This document shows positions 39,568-53,061 of a DNA stretch of 64,000 nt, piece by piece. Below the pieces are notes generated by a model, which was not told the origin of the DNA, did no database searches, and saw only the letters and a program-made list of their open reading frames with translations. The position numbers and the translations under genes are program-made. Each line of letters starts with the position of its first letter. The stretch's first letter is position 1. The DNA is from Rotaria socialis. Taxonomy: Eukaryota. The stretch covers positions 62,001 through 126,000 of the forward strand of contig CAJNYD010000033.1 in assembly GCA_905331295.1 (NCBI GenBank). The letters run 5' to 3'.

Positions 39568-42500
39568 TCTTTTGAAGAAAAAAAAATTTATTATGATGAT
39601 TTTTATTAATATTATTCTATTATTGATTCAAACGAAATCGAAAGATGATATGCAAAAATATATAAAGACGAAGACGACGATGAAAATGAAAATGAATTAA
39701 AACTAGATAGAGACGCGCGATTATTGTTTATTAGACGGCCGTCTACTGCTAGAAGAAAACAGCTGATCTCTTCTTTCTTCTCTTTCGAGATATATTACAT
39801 TTTTTTCGAGATATATATATATTTAAATGCATAATCTATATTTATATATAGATCTAACACGCACATGGTAAACAACCGACGACAAAAAATAAAATTTTAT
39901 TTCAATCAGTTGAATGTGTCAATCTAATTTAAACATGTTCTAATATCCTCTCCAGTTCAATACTTACATAGCTATACATTACTGATCAAAATAAATGTTT
40001 GCATCGCGCCCGAGTTACATTATCTATATAGATATACTTATATATGCACCCGAACCTATCTATCTTATTCCTAATGCATGAATTATATTCAATAAAAACA
40101 TTGTTGGCTCCTTCTTTTTTTTATATCAATGTTCTCTATCGATGCACATATTATTTTGATTGCGTGTTTCGCCTTCTAGAACGAGCATATAAACGGACGG
40201 GCGCAAAGAAACAATAATATCTATGAATATAAGCCAACAATCGTTTTTTCTTCTTCTGCTGCTTCTTCTTCTTCTTCTCTGTCTCAAACACCCAATCCAG
40301 CAACGCAAGCAAGTTTGTTTTCGATTAAAATATCGATACACGAACGTACCTCGGTCCGCTTAGTAATAATAAGAACGATGGAAAGAAGAAACAACACCAC
40401 AAAAGGAAAGAAGAAAAATATGAGGAAGATTAATCAACATATAAAATAGATAATAGCAGTCTAATATCTGCTAATGCTGCACAATACTACAAATACATAC
40501 ACGTACTCAAAACTAAGAGAGTTTACTCGTGTGTATAATCATCGAACCCCAAAAACGAAGAATAAAACAAAAAGAAAGTCGTTTACAGCCATATGTCTCT
40601 ACTATTCCAATCGAGCGAATTTATGAAAGCAAATATGAGCATACTCTTCATACGTACAGACATTTATGATTATGGTATTGCAATGAGATGACAACAAACG
40701 TCGATAGAGAGAACGATATATAATTCCTCATCATAATAATAAGAGAAAGAACGATATAGACAAGCAGAGAAACTCATAAAAACATATAAATCAGTTATAA
40801 GAGATGGCAGACAATCGATTTATTCATATTTATTAAATGATAGAACAATATTTCTTATTTTCATATTAAAAAAAAAAAGAAGAAGAAAGACACTGTTTTG
40901 ATTTCCTATAAACACAAAAGAAACTACCCATGGAACATAGATGACAACAAAAAAAAATTAATATGCATCACTAACGCTTGAGAAAATATTTTTCTTATAT
41001 TTTATGGCGAGCCCATTTTTCATCGTCTCAAGTAAATATATGATAACGCTTAATCGGATAAAGGTATTAATAAAATTTTATTGTGAAATATATCGATACG
41101 CACAACGAAAAAAGGTTTGAAAATTTTCAATTCATCACTCTTACCTTTTTCTATTCTTCTTAATTTTCAAAACGAAAAAACTAAAATAAAACAACCCGCA
41201 AATGTCGTGCTCCTGTATTTTATACTAAACTATAACTATTCACAATAATATTACAATCATCAAACATATAGTTATTGTTCTCCTAGACGAAGCAAATGCA
41301 CACGCGAACTATAATCCATGAATAGTGTATGCATGCACAAACGCTAATAATGTTGATACAAGGCTTTATGAATCGATATATACATACACACGTCGTAGCA
41401 AAATTGTATTTATATTTTAGTATGATATCTGTTAGAATATCTATATAAATGTCATCACCATCTTACCTTCTCTATGTGAAAAACTAAAATCAATTTTTTT
41501 TTCGTTTTCTTATTTTACGAATATACAAATGTTAAGTAATTACGTTGAACATACAAAAAAAAACGAGGGACGAGGAGGAGGCGGAGGAGGAGGAGAAGAC
41601 TCATCATCATCAAATACAAAAATGAGGGATAAACGAACCAAAATGCTCAGTAGATCTACCGAAAAGATTAACATGCTTGTGCACATTGTTTGATAAAGAG
41701 AAGACAGAAGAAGAAAAAAAAGAATTTTTTCCTTGTTATAAATGCACGCTCTCTCATTTTATGTTAACAAGCATCATTCGAAACGATCATCTTAATCATA
41801 ATCATTTGTACAAATTTCTAATTATATTTTACTGATGACTTTGTCCATATGTTGCCGTTTCATACATAGGAAACAGCATGAGCTTCTGTCATTTTTTTTC
41901 TCGAATACATACCCTGATGTGAAAAAAATTCTTCGCCAGAAATACAAAAAAAAAATGGAATTAATAATCTATTCTCTATCGCATTTGCTCGATGGTCAAG
42001 AATTTTTTTCTCTTTCCTTTTTCATCGGTCATTTGTGAATCTGCTGCTGCTTCTCACATGCATGCATGTATATATATATATATATATACATATATTTTTT
42101 AATATTTAAACAAGAAAGCAACGAACAGATGTCGATATGTCCAAGAGGATGACGACGGTCAATGCCGCTTTCATTTCTATAAATATATAGATATATATAT
42201 ATATATATTTATGCGCATAAATCTAATTATAAATAGAGAGACGAGATTTGAAAACATATATATATATATTCAATAATATGATCTTCAATACATATACTAT
42301 TCTTTTTATAATGTGTATGTCTGTTTCATCATATATTGACATTCGCCTTTTCTGCTGTATTTCTTCTTTTTTTTTTATTTACCGATGGCCTTTGGACGCT
42401 GTATAGAAAGAAAAAGATTAATTAGAATAAAGATAGAGATTAATATTTGCGCGTGCTTGCCTCTACTTTGACAAATCATAATTCATGTTTAATTCAATAA

Positions 42501-42989
42501 AGGTCAATGCTTTCTGTATATTTAAATGAAATGCAAAATAGCTAAATGAAGTCGAGTTCATTTAATCGTTTGATAGAGTAAAAAAACTATATAACAATGA
42601 GAATATAGGTCGAAATATTCAATTTTGCACTTATGCATGGATGATTAATGTACTGAAAATATTGATTGGATTTTTGATTCATAAAATACTTGATACTGTT
42701 TATTCTATGTGACGAATGTTGTTGTTTTGACTTTTTTCAGACGTACGCGCATGTCGATCAGGAGATGTTTTTGTGTTGTAACCTTGAATAAATAAGCGTG
42801 TTACCTGTAACACGTTGTATATGTGATGCAAGCATTATTCACCAATTTTGAAGTCATTCGACGTTGAAAACAATTGAGTAAACAGAAAGAAAAAAAGAAA
42901 CCTGTGTGTGCTGTAATATTTAATACTTAACATTTGCTTTTCTTATATTCATTTCTTTTATTGTTACTGCTGGAGGAAGAATATACTCA

Positions 42990-45192
42990 ATGGCAGCTAC
43001 ACAAAATGACATACAACGATTGATTGAATGTTGCATTTGTTGTGACTATCTTACCGACGTACGCGAAACTCCTTGTTGTCATCAGTTGTTTTGCCATGCA
43101 TGCATTCTATCATGGCTGCAAACATCAACAAAAAATTGTCCACGATGTCGATCAACAGCACTCACAGAACATAATCTAACGAAAAATTACGTTATAGAAC
43201 GTTTTGTTGACAATCTTGAATTTGATTGTCCACATAAATTGCAAGGTTGCCCAGCAAAAATACCACGATGTGATCTGCCAAAGCATAAACGATTATGTTC
43301 ATATTCACCGGAAAAATTGGCTCGTAAAAATCAAGAAAAATTGGCAGAATTACAAGCTTTATTAAGAAAATATAAAGCTCCAAGAAGTCGTGTTACCGAT
43401 AAAGCTTTGTTCGATTTGGCGATATTATTTCATGCCGAACATCAATATGCGCATGCAAGAGAATGTTTAACATTGATTAAGACTAAGAAAAAAGTACCAG
43501 AAATGGTAGTTCTTCAAGCACGCATCGAACGAGATGATGGCCATTATGATAAAGCTTTGGAATTATATACGCAAGCTTATGCTTCTGCATCATTGATTCC
43601 CGAACGTACTGAATTACTTTTAGACAAAGGCCACATATATATCAAAACAGCACAATATGGCCAAGCAAAAGATACTTTCAAACAGGCTCTGGATCTTTTA
43701 GAAGACGATGATCGTTCGCAAAAAAAAGCTGAAATATTGAATGCTTTTGGTCTTGTAGCAAAAAAATGTTCAGAAGTATGAATAATGATATTTTTGTTTT
43801 CTCTCTTCTACTTTCATACATATTTGTTTTATTTATAGTATGATCAAGCTATTTCAGCTTATAATGATGCACTTGAAATAGTTGATACAAATTCCGATGT
43901 TTGGTCTGAGATCATATCGAATCTAGCTGGTAAATAGCTTGAATGGTTCTTTTTCTTTATTGAATTATTTTCTGAACTTCTAGACATTCATCGCAAGAAG
44001 GCTAATTACAATGAAGCACGCGATCTCTATTTAAAATCTCTTAAACAGATGGAATCGATTTATGGGCAAAATCATCCATCTATTGCTGATATAATGAATA
44101 ATCTAGGAATGTTATCTAAAAAAGAAGGCAAATATATTGAAGCATTAGATTATCTTAAACAAGCAATAAAAATTTCTAAACATTATTATGGTGACGAACA
44201 TCCAAGTATTGGAATATATCTTACAAATATTGGTGATATTTATCGAAAAGTATAAAAACCCTATGAACTCATTTTCAATGTGTGTTTTTTTTAATTTTTA
44301 GCAGAGCGATTTTAAAACAGCTGAAGGAACTTATAAAGAAGCAATAACAGCACTAGAAAAAGCGTTCGGACCAAATCATATCGAAGTCGCTGAAGTTCTT
44401 AATTCTATGGGCTTAGTTTTAAAAAAACGAGCTGATTATGATGGTGCTCAAAGCCATTATGAACGTGCTATTCGTATTGTACACAGTACATTCGGTGAAG
44501 ATCAAGAACATTACAAATTAGGTGTTTATTATAATAATCTAGCTGATGTATATCGTAAACGTAATCAATTCGATACTGCATTACAACTTTATGCAAGAGC
44601 GTTAACTTCTATTGAAAAAACACTGGGTCCTCAACATTCGGAAGCAGCTGAAATTTTACATAACATTGGACAAGTTCAACATCAATTAGGTTTGTTGTTA
44701 ATTTGATAGTAAATTATATATTTACGATTTGTATTTTGTTTTTCGTTTTTAGGAAATTATAAAGAAGCGATCGATTATATAAATCGAGCTTTAGCTATTG
44801 TAAGAAAAGAGTTCGGTGATAAACATTATAAATATGGAATGTTTCTTAATTCTCTTGGTCTAACATATGCCATGATCGATGATTATACAACTGCCTATGA
44901 ACATATCAAACAAGCCTTACAGATTCTTTTAACTGCGTTAGGAGGGAATCATGTTGAAGTCTGTGATGTTTATTCGAATCTCGGTGATGTTTGTATGAAG
45001 CTTGTTGCGGAGTCTGATCAACAGAAAACAAAAAATAAAAATCCCAATGAAAAACAATCAAAACTGGACGAAGCAAAAAAGTATTATACAGAAGCGCAAC
45101 GTATCGCACAAGCAACATTCGGTGCTGAACATACTAAATCAAAGCAATTTCTTTCTCTTTTGTTTATTGTTGATAATTATAATTCATTGTAA
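42990..45192 (+). CDS. RING-HC + TRAF-type zinc finger + TPR-repeat protein (5 exons)
   Basis: CCICCD...PCCHQLFCHAC...CPRC; CPHKLQGC...HKRLC; multiple kinesin-light-chain-type TPRs (YGQNHPSIADIMNNLG, LGPQHSEAAEILHNIG). Confidence 0.9.
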
Positions 45193-45547
45193 TCGAATCT
45201 CTCTTTATTTCTGTTGGTAAATGATCTGTATTAAATAAAATTATTTTTTTTGCAAGTGAAATCAATTGAAAGAATTTCATGTTTACTACTTACGAAAAAA
45301 TTTCATTCACGCGAATCATTGATGGATAATTATTCATGAATGATTTATATTAACGAATGCTTGATTAATTCCTCAGCAATGATTCGCACGTCTATGTACA
45401 AGTATTTATTTTTACCTTTTCTCGTTTACTATTATGAATTATTCATTTATATGAAATGACCCCTGGGAGAAAATCAATAATTTTTGAGAAAGATAACGAA
45501 TAGCCGGCGGTAATGGATACGCCATTGTTAAAACACTATGAAGTGTC

Positions 45548-46414
45548 ATGCGGCTTGTCCAAACCTAAAGATGTGACATTTTGACAAATTGTTTTGCAAT
45601 TATCTCGAAAGGCATAAGAGCTAACAAGATCGTTCAAACATCATTCGGCGCAGCTCATCATAATCTATTTATGTTGCAAAAATGATTCAGTTTGACTGAA
45701 CTCTCGTGTTTCTAGAAATGTTCTATCATCGCGTAACACTGTGACAAAAAAGGACCAGTTTTCTCTAGGGCTGTGTATAAAACTCTAATTTTTTGACAAA
45801 TTATTTCTTCAAATGAAATGCGTATGTTACCAGTTTTGTAGAAAATTGAATGGGCTTTCAAGCAGTAAAAAATATTTTTTCTAAACTATTTTCGCTCAGA
45901 TAAAAAATGCAAAAAACAAACGTAATGCTGTGATACCTTTCTTTTGGCGACCAAATTTGAAGTACTTTACATGCTTAAAAATATTTAATGTTTATATATA
46001 TATTGATCACTGCCGTACATATATCCTTCTGTAAAAAAAATCAAGTTGCTTCATTGAAATAGGAGCTCAATAATTGTACAGTAAGTTAGAAACTGTACAC
46101 GAGCGTAGAAGTTGTCCTGAAGAATAAGAGTAAAAAATAAATAGACCAATTTGTAGAGAATCAAATTCTGCATCGGATGGTATATTAGTCTGCATTTGTT
46201 TTTTAGATTTCTTGATTAGAAAATTGGAAATACGACTTTTTAAAACTTTAAAACGCTGTTTTTGATGCCAAAACTCAATTTTTTTAAGAAAAAATCCTAA
46301 TTCGTCATCAGCGTAAAAAACTCTACCAGAAAAATACGCTTAGATCTGTTCATATAAAAAAAACAAATCTAAAACTTGATCAGCGGAGTAGCGCGTTACG
46401 TGGACAAGCCGCAT
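45548..46414. mobile_element. Non-autonomous DNA transposon with 14-bp perfect TIR
   Basis: atgcggcttgtcca (45548-45561) and tggacaagccgcat (46401-46414); no ORF inside. Confidence 0.55.
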
Positions 46415-47534
46415 ATATTTTTGTCAAATGATTATCGTCGCTATAATGCTTCTGGCATACAGAAATAACAATATCGTCTGATTGAAAGAGTATGGCGCCC
46501 TTTTCCTAACCCATGAAAAAAACAATAAGAAAAAATATGAAACTTAGCAGATCATTTGTGTTCTATATATACGCTACGATTCCATTTTACTGCATCATCA
46601 CAGCATTCTAGATGATGAAACAGATATTTTTTTATTATATGTTTCAATATGTTTTGAGTGATTATTAGTTAAAATTAACATAAGAAGAATCTTCGATAAG
46701 AAAATAATCTAAATTGTTTTCCCCCGAGTCATTCAGAAAACCAAATTTTGTCGTTAATCAAACTTAAACATTGCCTAATAGCGCAACGCTTGCACTCCGA
46801 TTAAATCACATCGAAATCTTATGATATATGCAAGGTGATATCCTGTTTCGAAAAGCACGTTCATAGATGCTGGACGATGATATCATTTCCTGTAGTTATT
46901 TGTATGACTTTGACAAATAGGAAATCTTATTTTCTTGAGTTCAATATGATAATAGATGATGTCATAGAAGCGTTTGCATCGAAAAGTAATTGAACCTTTA
47001 TGTCGAACTTGATTCATTCAATTGATCAACTTGTTTTGAACTTAATTTAAAGGCCAAGATAAAGTTAACCGTTTTTTTCTCTATTTAAGGTTAAGTTGAT
47101 TGACGCCCATGCTAAGACCTTTTGCTCTTCATGAGATATGCAGTTAGGAGTACAACAAGGATTTTCTTGGCTCTAACAAATAAGAATCATTTTTTGGAAT
47201 CTACTGAATGTTCACTACGGATTATTCTTTTTTAACATTCAATCAGAAAATGTTTTTTATTACAATCACCATTGCTAATCCTACTTTGTATCATTGCTTC
47301 GTTGTTCTTTTTGTTTGCTTCTTGATTTGCCCTGTCTGATACTATTTATCAATTATTTATAATCCTAATAAAAACTAAAATCCAATATACGCATAGTAAT
47401 AAACTGTATCGAATTTGTCAATATTCTATAAAAAAAACACTTTTCTTTTGCTATGCTAACAGTAAATACTATTTTGTTGTCAACTTGCCTCTGAGTTTAT
47501 ATTTGTTCTATGATTTTATTAAAAATACATTAAA

Positions 47535-47786
47535 TTACACGCGTGGTTTATAAAGCTTCATCTTCGTTGTAGACGTTTTTGAGATGAGACCCATGCTTTG
47601 AAGCCAATCTAAACGTATCTGAGGAACGGTTGTTGGTCGTCGATAGGGAGTTGTTATTGTTGTAGTATTCCAAAGTGGATAGTCGGTTTTCGGCATCGGT
47701 CGACGAATACTATTTGGAACAAATACTTTTAAAAAACAAGCCAGTAGTGAATACAATACGAAGATAATGACGCGCCAGATGTTCAT
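47535..47786 (-). CDS. Small secreted or signal-anchored Thr/Pro/Arg-rich protein (83 aa)
   Basis: MNIWRVIIFVLYSLLACFLKVFVP hydrophobic N-terminus, then a basic, Thr/Pro-rich body. Confidence 0.55.
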   Translation of the reverse strand: MNIWRVIIFVLYSLLACFLKVFVPNSIRRPMPKTDYPLWNTTTITTPYRRPTTVPQIRLDWLQSMGLISKTSTTKMKLYKPRV

Positions 47787-48110
47787 TTTATTGAGACTAT
47801 ATGAGATGATTTGTAAGCGAAAAAGTGAAGGAAAAAAAAGCGAATGAAGGAGAATTTTGTACAACACACATACCAAGGTAGATACATGTAAACACATTTT
47901 TACCAACTTAATGTCAAGGTATCACGTGTTCAAATATATCTACATTTATGTATTGATTTAGAGTTCCTGTTTATGTCTTTCCGGTAAAGTCATTTTTATT
48001 TTCTCCCTATAGAATAGCTGTTTCAATTATTTAATGGGCACGTTTTTTTTTATTTTTTTCATACGAAAAAAATCAACAAATATAAAGTCTGTTTTTTATT
48101 CATCTTATTT

Positions 48111-48446
48111 TCAAAAATTGTCTTTTAGCAATAATTGAATAAAATTTATACCAATTATAATGCATGAAGTTGGTAGTAAGCGTCCAGCATGACCAGGAGA
48201 TACACATATTGCGCGTGTTTGACCAGGTGAACCACGTGGTGGACAATTTTGAGGATACCAATCAGTGCAATAAACTGGCGTACACGAACTCGCTTCTGAG
48301 CAAAACCATAAAGTACGATAACCAATATTTTTAGGACTACAGTTTTGTGTTGTACAGCATTCACATCGACAATCCTTGCCAATGATTCGTTGTAAAATAC
48401 ATAATATAATAGTTAGAAAGTAGACAAGATGAATGAAGATACGCAT
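48111..48446 (-). CDS. Small Cys-rich secreted, probably GPI-anchored protein (111 aa)
   Basis: Signal peptide, DCRCECCTTQNC...FC...SC...YC...NC...IC core (10 Cys), hydrophobic C-terminal tail. Confidence 0.8.
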   Translation of the reverse strand: MRIFIHLVYFLTIILCILQRIIGKDCRCECCTTQNCSPKNIGYRTLWFCSEASSCTPVYCTDWYPQNCPPRGSPGQTRAICVSPGHAGRLLPTSCIIIGINFIQLLLKDNF

Positions 48447-50089
48447 GTTTATCGAAATTTTATATAATGAAACGACGCAGTCGATGAAATCGTAGTTATG
48501 TAGAAAGATATATATTTTAATTTGGCAATTTGGCGTAATTTTCTTAGCTTTATGTTTCGACTTACAATTCGATTTCTCTTTGAAGTTTCAAGGCAATTTT
48601 TAGTCTATGTTGAATGACAACGACAAACATGTTTTCGCATTACACTGAAGACAAAAGACTCAAAGAAATAATCATCATGGAGGAGTCTTAAACTATCACT
48701 AGATACGTGGGATAAAGTAAACTTAATATTTTTTTAGGCTAATAGACAAATACTAATGTTATAAATTAAAATAATCAATAGAAAGAAAATCATACTAAAA
48801 TGCAATCGTATCTTGTAGTTTTAATCAAAAAGAAATTAAATTAAGTTCTGGTTGATTTAAAAGACATTGTTTTATTAATAATTCTGCTATGTACTATTTT
48901 AAATTTAATAACATTGAATCTTGTTGATTTTATCTTATCAGAAAAACAAATTAGATGAATCCAATATTTTATATTGAAATCGAAGGTTTGTTGAAGTAGT
49001 AATCTTTGATGTTTGACCTTCATTCTTCAGATTAAAAAAAAGAGAGAGAACGAGCTATACTATGTTAATTTGTAAATCTTTTTATTGGATTTTTCGTTCT
49101 ACTGTCTTATGTACAAAGGAGAGAGCGAGACAATACAATCGAAGTCTATTTTACTTTCATCTCTTTTTTAGTGATAAAAAGTATGATTAGCAGTAAACGA
49201 GTAAATTCAGCTATCTTGGGTGAAACTTAAAGTAACGGACTCGTTCGACATTGATTCAAAGCTTATTATGTTTAATGCTGTTATATTATTTTAAAGTTAT
49301 TGTTTCACAGGATCGAGCCATCGCACTCAATAGTGAATGTTTCATAAGAACTATTGTAATTTTTTCTCTGGTAGTACAGCTTTTAACTATCAAAATAAAA
49401 GGCGAATCATTGATCAGTAAATCCTGGTAGTCAGATGATCCATACACTCACAGAGTCACATCCACTGTGAATCATGCTAATCAACTAAGCATTTCGTTTG
49501 ATCGCATGAGCAACGAAAACATGAATATGTTTAAATGTATATCAAGGTTCTTCTCCAATGAACATGATTGTTCAATTGCAATTTATCAACAAGCTAAATC
49601 ATTCGCCCGTTTTGCAGTTTTTAATGTAACTTATTTATCATTTCATGAAATCTATTTTACGGGTCTTCATTCAACAACTTCAGCACACAATAAATAACTA
49701 TTCCAAATAATTGATTCAGATCACTTTCCAAAATCAATTGATATGTTGAAGAATTAGAATCGTCATCAGAAGAATTAAAACAATCGTGTTGAAAAATACA
49801 TCTTTTCAAAGAAATTATCAAAGATTTATTTTTGATCCTCGTTGGTTCGATAGGGAACCTTTTTATCAGTGTTCATTTGCCATGTCTCATATTAAGTTGC
49901 ATATTAAATATACTCATGAAAATGCATTTTCCACTGCTAAAAGTTTTGGCGGAGCCAAATTTATTGACATAATCATATATAGTACACTCTGATTATAAGA
50001 CTGACTGAATGGATAGTTCTGAAATAAAATGAAATACAAAGTTTCACACATGTCTGTTTAAGAGAGATATCCCATGAAGGTTGATCTTT

Positions 50090-50884
50090 TTATATGATCG
50101 TTGACACTTCGAATACACCATCATATATGTGACTGCCAGTTAACACTTGTCCACTACACCATCGTATCATTTTTTCCACGCTCATCAATGCTTCCATCAG
50201 CCAAGGTAGATGTTCGCTCGATGCTGATGCTCCAAAAAGACTAATCCACCATCGATAGATGCCCATCACCCGATGAGCTAAAGCATGATTGCTCACTGTA
50301 GCGTAGTTCGAAGCGAGCACTCCGTTGACGACAATGGTGCCTGATTTAGTAAGTGGAGCATAGAATCCTTGTTGTTTCGTCAGCTTAACTTTGATAACTT
50401 CACCGGGGAGGATTTGGTCGTTGTGAAGCATTTGTACTCGATCGCCCACACGAAACTTACCGGCGAAACGAGCGTCACCAGAATCGAAGTCAAATATAAG
50501 ATGGTTGCAAGAGACAAGAAGCGTAGAGGTCAAGTTGGACCCGGCCGATTGTACTTCAATTGCAAGAAACTCAAAGAGATCTTCACGCTTTGCATGAATG
50601 AAACCGATGATCGGCTCGTAGGCATTGTCTTTATTGACAAGTACTCGATCACCAATGGTGGCAGCTGACAGTGCCTTGAAGCTTCCATCTTCGAGAATCA
50701 GTTGGCTTGAGCCAGGAAAGCACTTCAGTGATGGTGGTGCAGTGCTACAAGTGTATTTCGTGCAAACATTCCCCGAAAATGAGTCACAAGTACAAGATGT
50801 CTCATAATTTAAGCTACCGTTGACACCAATGTCATTAATGCTTATTAAAGCAATGAGAACAAGAAATGATATTAGGGTCGACAT
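50090..50884 (-). CDS. Secreted small Cys-peptide fused to Hedgehog-type Hint/Hog autoprocessing domain (intronless)
   Basis: Signal MSTLISFLVLIALISINDIGVNG; peptide SLNYETSCTCDSFSGNVCTKYTCSTAPPSLK; then CFPGSS...IGDRVL...LVSCNHLIF...GFYAPLTKSGTIVVNGVLASNYA...HALAHRVM (Hint plus SRR-like tail). The ATG at 50884 was chosen by alignment with the paralog. Confidence 0.93.
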   Translation of the reverse strand: MSTLISFLVLIALISINDIGVNGSLNYETSCTCDSFSGNVCTKYTCSTAPPSLKCFPGSSQLILEDGSFKALSAATIGDRVLVNKDNAYEPIIGFIHAKREDLFEFLAIEVQSAGSNLTSTLLVSCNHLIFDFDSGDARFAGKFRVGDRVQMLHNDQILPGEVIKVKLTKQQGFYAPLTKSGTIVVNGVLASNYATVSNHALAHRVMGIYRWWISLFGASASSEHLPWLMEALMSVEKMIRWCSGQVLTGSHIYDGVFEVSTII

Positions 50885-51970
50885 TTGATTGACAATTATA
50901 TTACGCATATTATTCGTCGTCTGATGATGAATTTGGAGGTCGTCAGTGAGTTAAATGTGTCTTGAAATGTAAATGCATTTTGTAGTTATGGCGAGAAAAG
51001 ACATAAATGTTACGGATGAAAATTTTCTATTATACAATTAATCAAATTCCACATAGTAGAACTGACTACCGGTTGCTATTCAAAAAGGGATGGATGTGGG
51101 CGATCAAGAAAATTGAAAATCAAGAGTGATTACGCACTTATCAAAATGAATATTGTCTACAGCTAAGATGGTAGCTGCCACCCTGTTGGCTCAATTAACT
51201 ATATTGATTCACATAGATCTATGATCAATATTTCAGAATATTTCCTACTTTGGTGATTATCTTAATCGGTGTCCGCTCAGGTAAATGCTGCGTAACACTA
51301 TTTTCATATTGAAAATTACTCGAGACGATTTACTGATGAAAGCAATGCTATTTGATTTTTCACTATCGTCGATGGTGAAGTGTTCGATTCATAGAGTCTT
51401 CCTCAGATCATTGTTACTTTACCGGTAACGGCAGTAATAGGCGAGCGCATTTCCCCCATAAATCGAACTCTTCAAATCATGTCTGATATCGACTATGACG
51501 AAAAATCTACTGTGCAGCCCATCTACAATGCACCGGCCAAACATTTGAGTGTTTCCATTTTGATATTATCAAAGATGCGACGTAGGTAATGTTAAAGCAA
51601 TATTTCAGGCTCGTATTCAAAAGAAATACTGCTATAAACTATTACAATAAGGTTTAATAAAGAACTGTAACTACGACGCATTCGGAAAAAAATGGTTTGC
51701 AATATACTCTAAAAGATACTTTCGATCACTACGCAAGTTCTTATAAATTCGCCATTTTCTACCGAAGAACGTTAATTGCTTTTCTAGTTAAAGAGAAAAT
51801 CGTCCCATTCAATTTGATTTATATATAGTGAAATGGTTTACAATCAAATTTGTCGCATAGACTCATTATGTTTTTCGAAACGCATATGTAGGATACAGTT
51901 ATTTGTAGAAGCGAAAGACGATGAATAGCTGTCTAATTCGAGTTCGAATATAAATGGAGAAAAGAAAAAG

Positions 51971-52014
51971 TTAAACTAAAACTAAATCTAGGAATAGATT
52001 TAGTTTTAGTTTAA
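51971..52014. repeat. Perfect 20-bp stem hairpin with GGAA loop
   Basis: ttaaactaaaactaaatcta-ggaa-tagatttagttttagtttaa. Confidence 0.85.
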
Positions 52015-52834
52015 GTTTCCCATATATGCGACATATGAATGCATATATACTCCTACAAACACACTCACACCCAAAGGTATATAGCTCAAGCACCACCCTG
52101 GGTACTCGCACCAACATTTGAGCACTCCTCCGTGGTACTCATCACCCACAAACACATTTGAAGTACTCGGGTACCCTCGCACCCCTTCTTGATAGCCATC
52201 CTATCCGCCCCCTCACTCGCACGGCCACCCACATCCACTTCATCTTAAACTAAATCTAAAATGAAAACTAAATCGATTTCTATCACTTATTTTAGAGTTG
52301 ATACCATGCAGTTGGGTGTCCATTTGTATTCGAATTCGAACTAGGAATCTCATGACTAATTCAGAAACAATCGATAATATAGATAACTGAATGAATCTTA
52401 GAGTCTCTGAATCGTTCAGCAAAAATTGTAAATATATCCCTGCTAATCTAAGATGACTGTCATTTGGCCAAGCCACTCATGACATAGGTGCTCACCGGGA
52501 CATTGAATACTAAATACAAAACTGGATTGCACGTATCTTATTCATACTTCTTATATAGCTAGTGTCCTGTAGTCTATGCCAACTGCGCTAATGCCTTCTA
52601 TTTATACTACGATCAAATTAAAGTCTAAAGAGCCGTCAACTAATTAGTAACACAATATGTTTAACTACCGATCTGAAATGATGTGGGCTATCACAAGACT
52701 GTACTATTGATTCTGGCGAAACGAATGTCACCCACCACGTTAATGCTGCCTTTCTCTCTCTAATTCCTTGCTTAAAGGAGAGCGATAACACATTTTCAAA
52801 AGTATACATCGTAACATATTATGATTTGTCACAA

Positions 52835-53061
52835 CACTAGAAAAAATTGCAGAATAATAAACGGAAAACCGTTTTCGATCAGACATAAAACTGAAAAAGG
52901 GTTTATCAATTTGCAATGAAACATAAACTTGTTTTCGGCTTTGACGTAGATAATAAATCTTTTTCTGTTTATGATATGAGAAAAGGATTTATCAGATACT
53001 TCAAAAATGGAAAAAGGGGTTTCTGTTCCATTTTAAAGCCATAAATCTTTTTTTTACAGTG
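52835..53061. mobile_element. Short CACT-ended MITE-like element
   Basis: cactagaaaaaa ... ttttttacagtg termini with internal short degenerate repeats. Confidence 0.5.

Noticed and set aside
39600..42900. Short ORFs upstream of spalt
   Set aside because: Low-complexity AT-rich sequence; more plausibly 5' UTR and regulatory DNA of a developmental transcription factor, with no specific site supportable.
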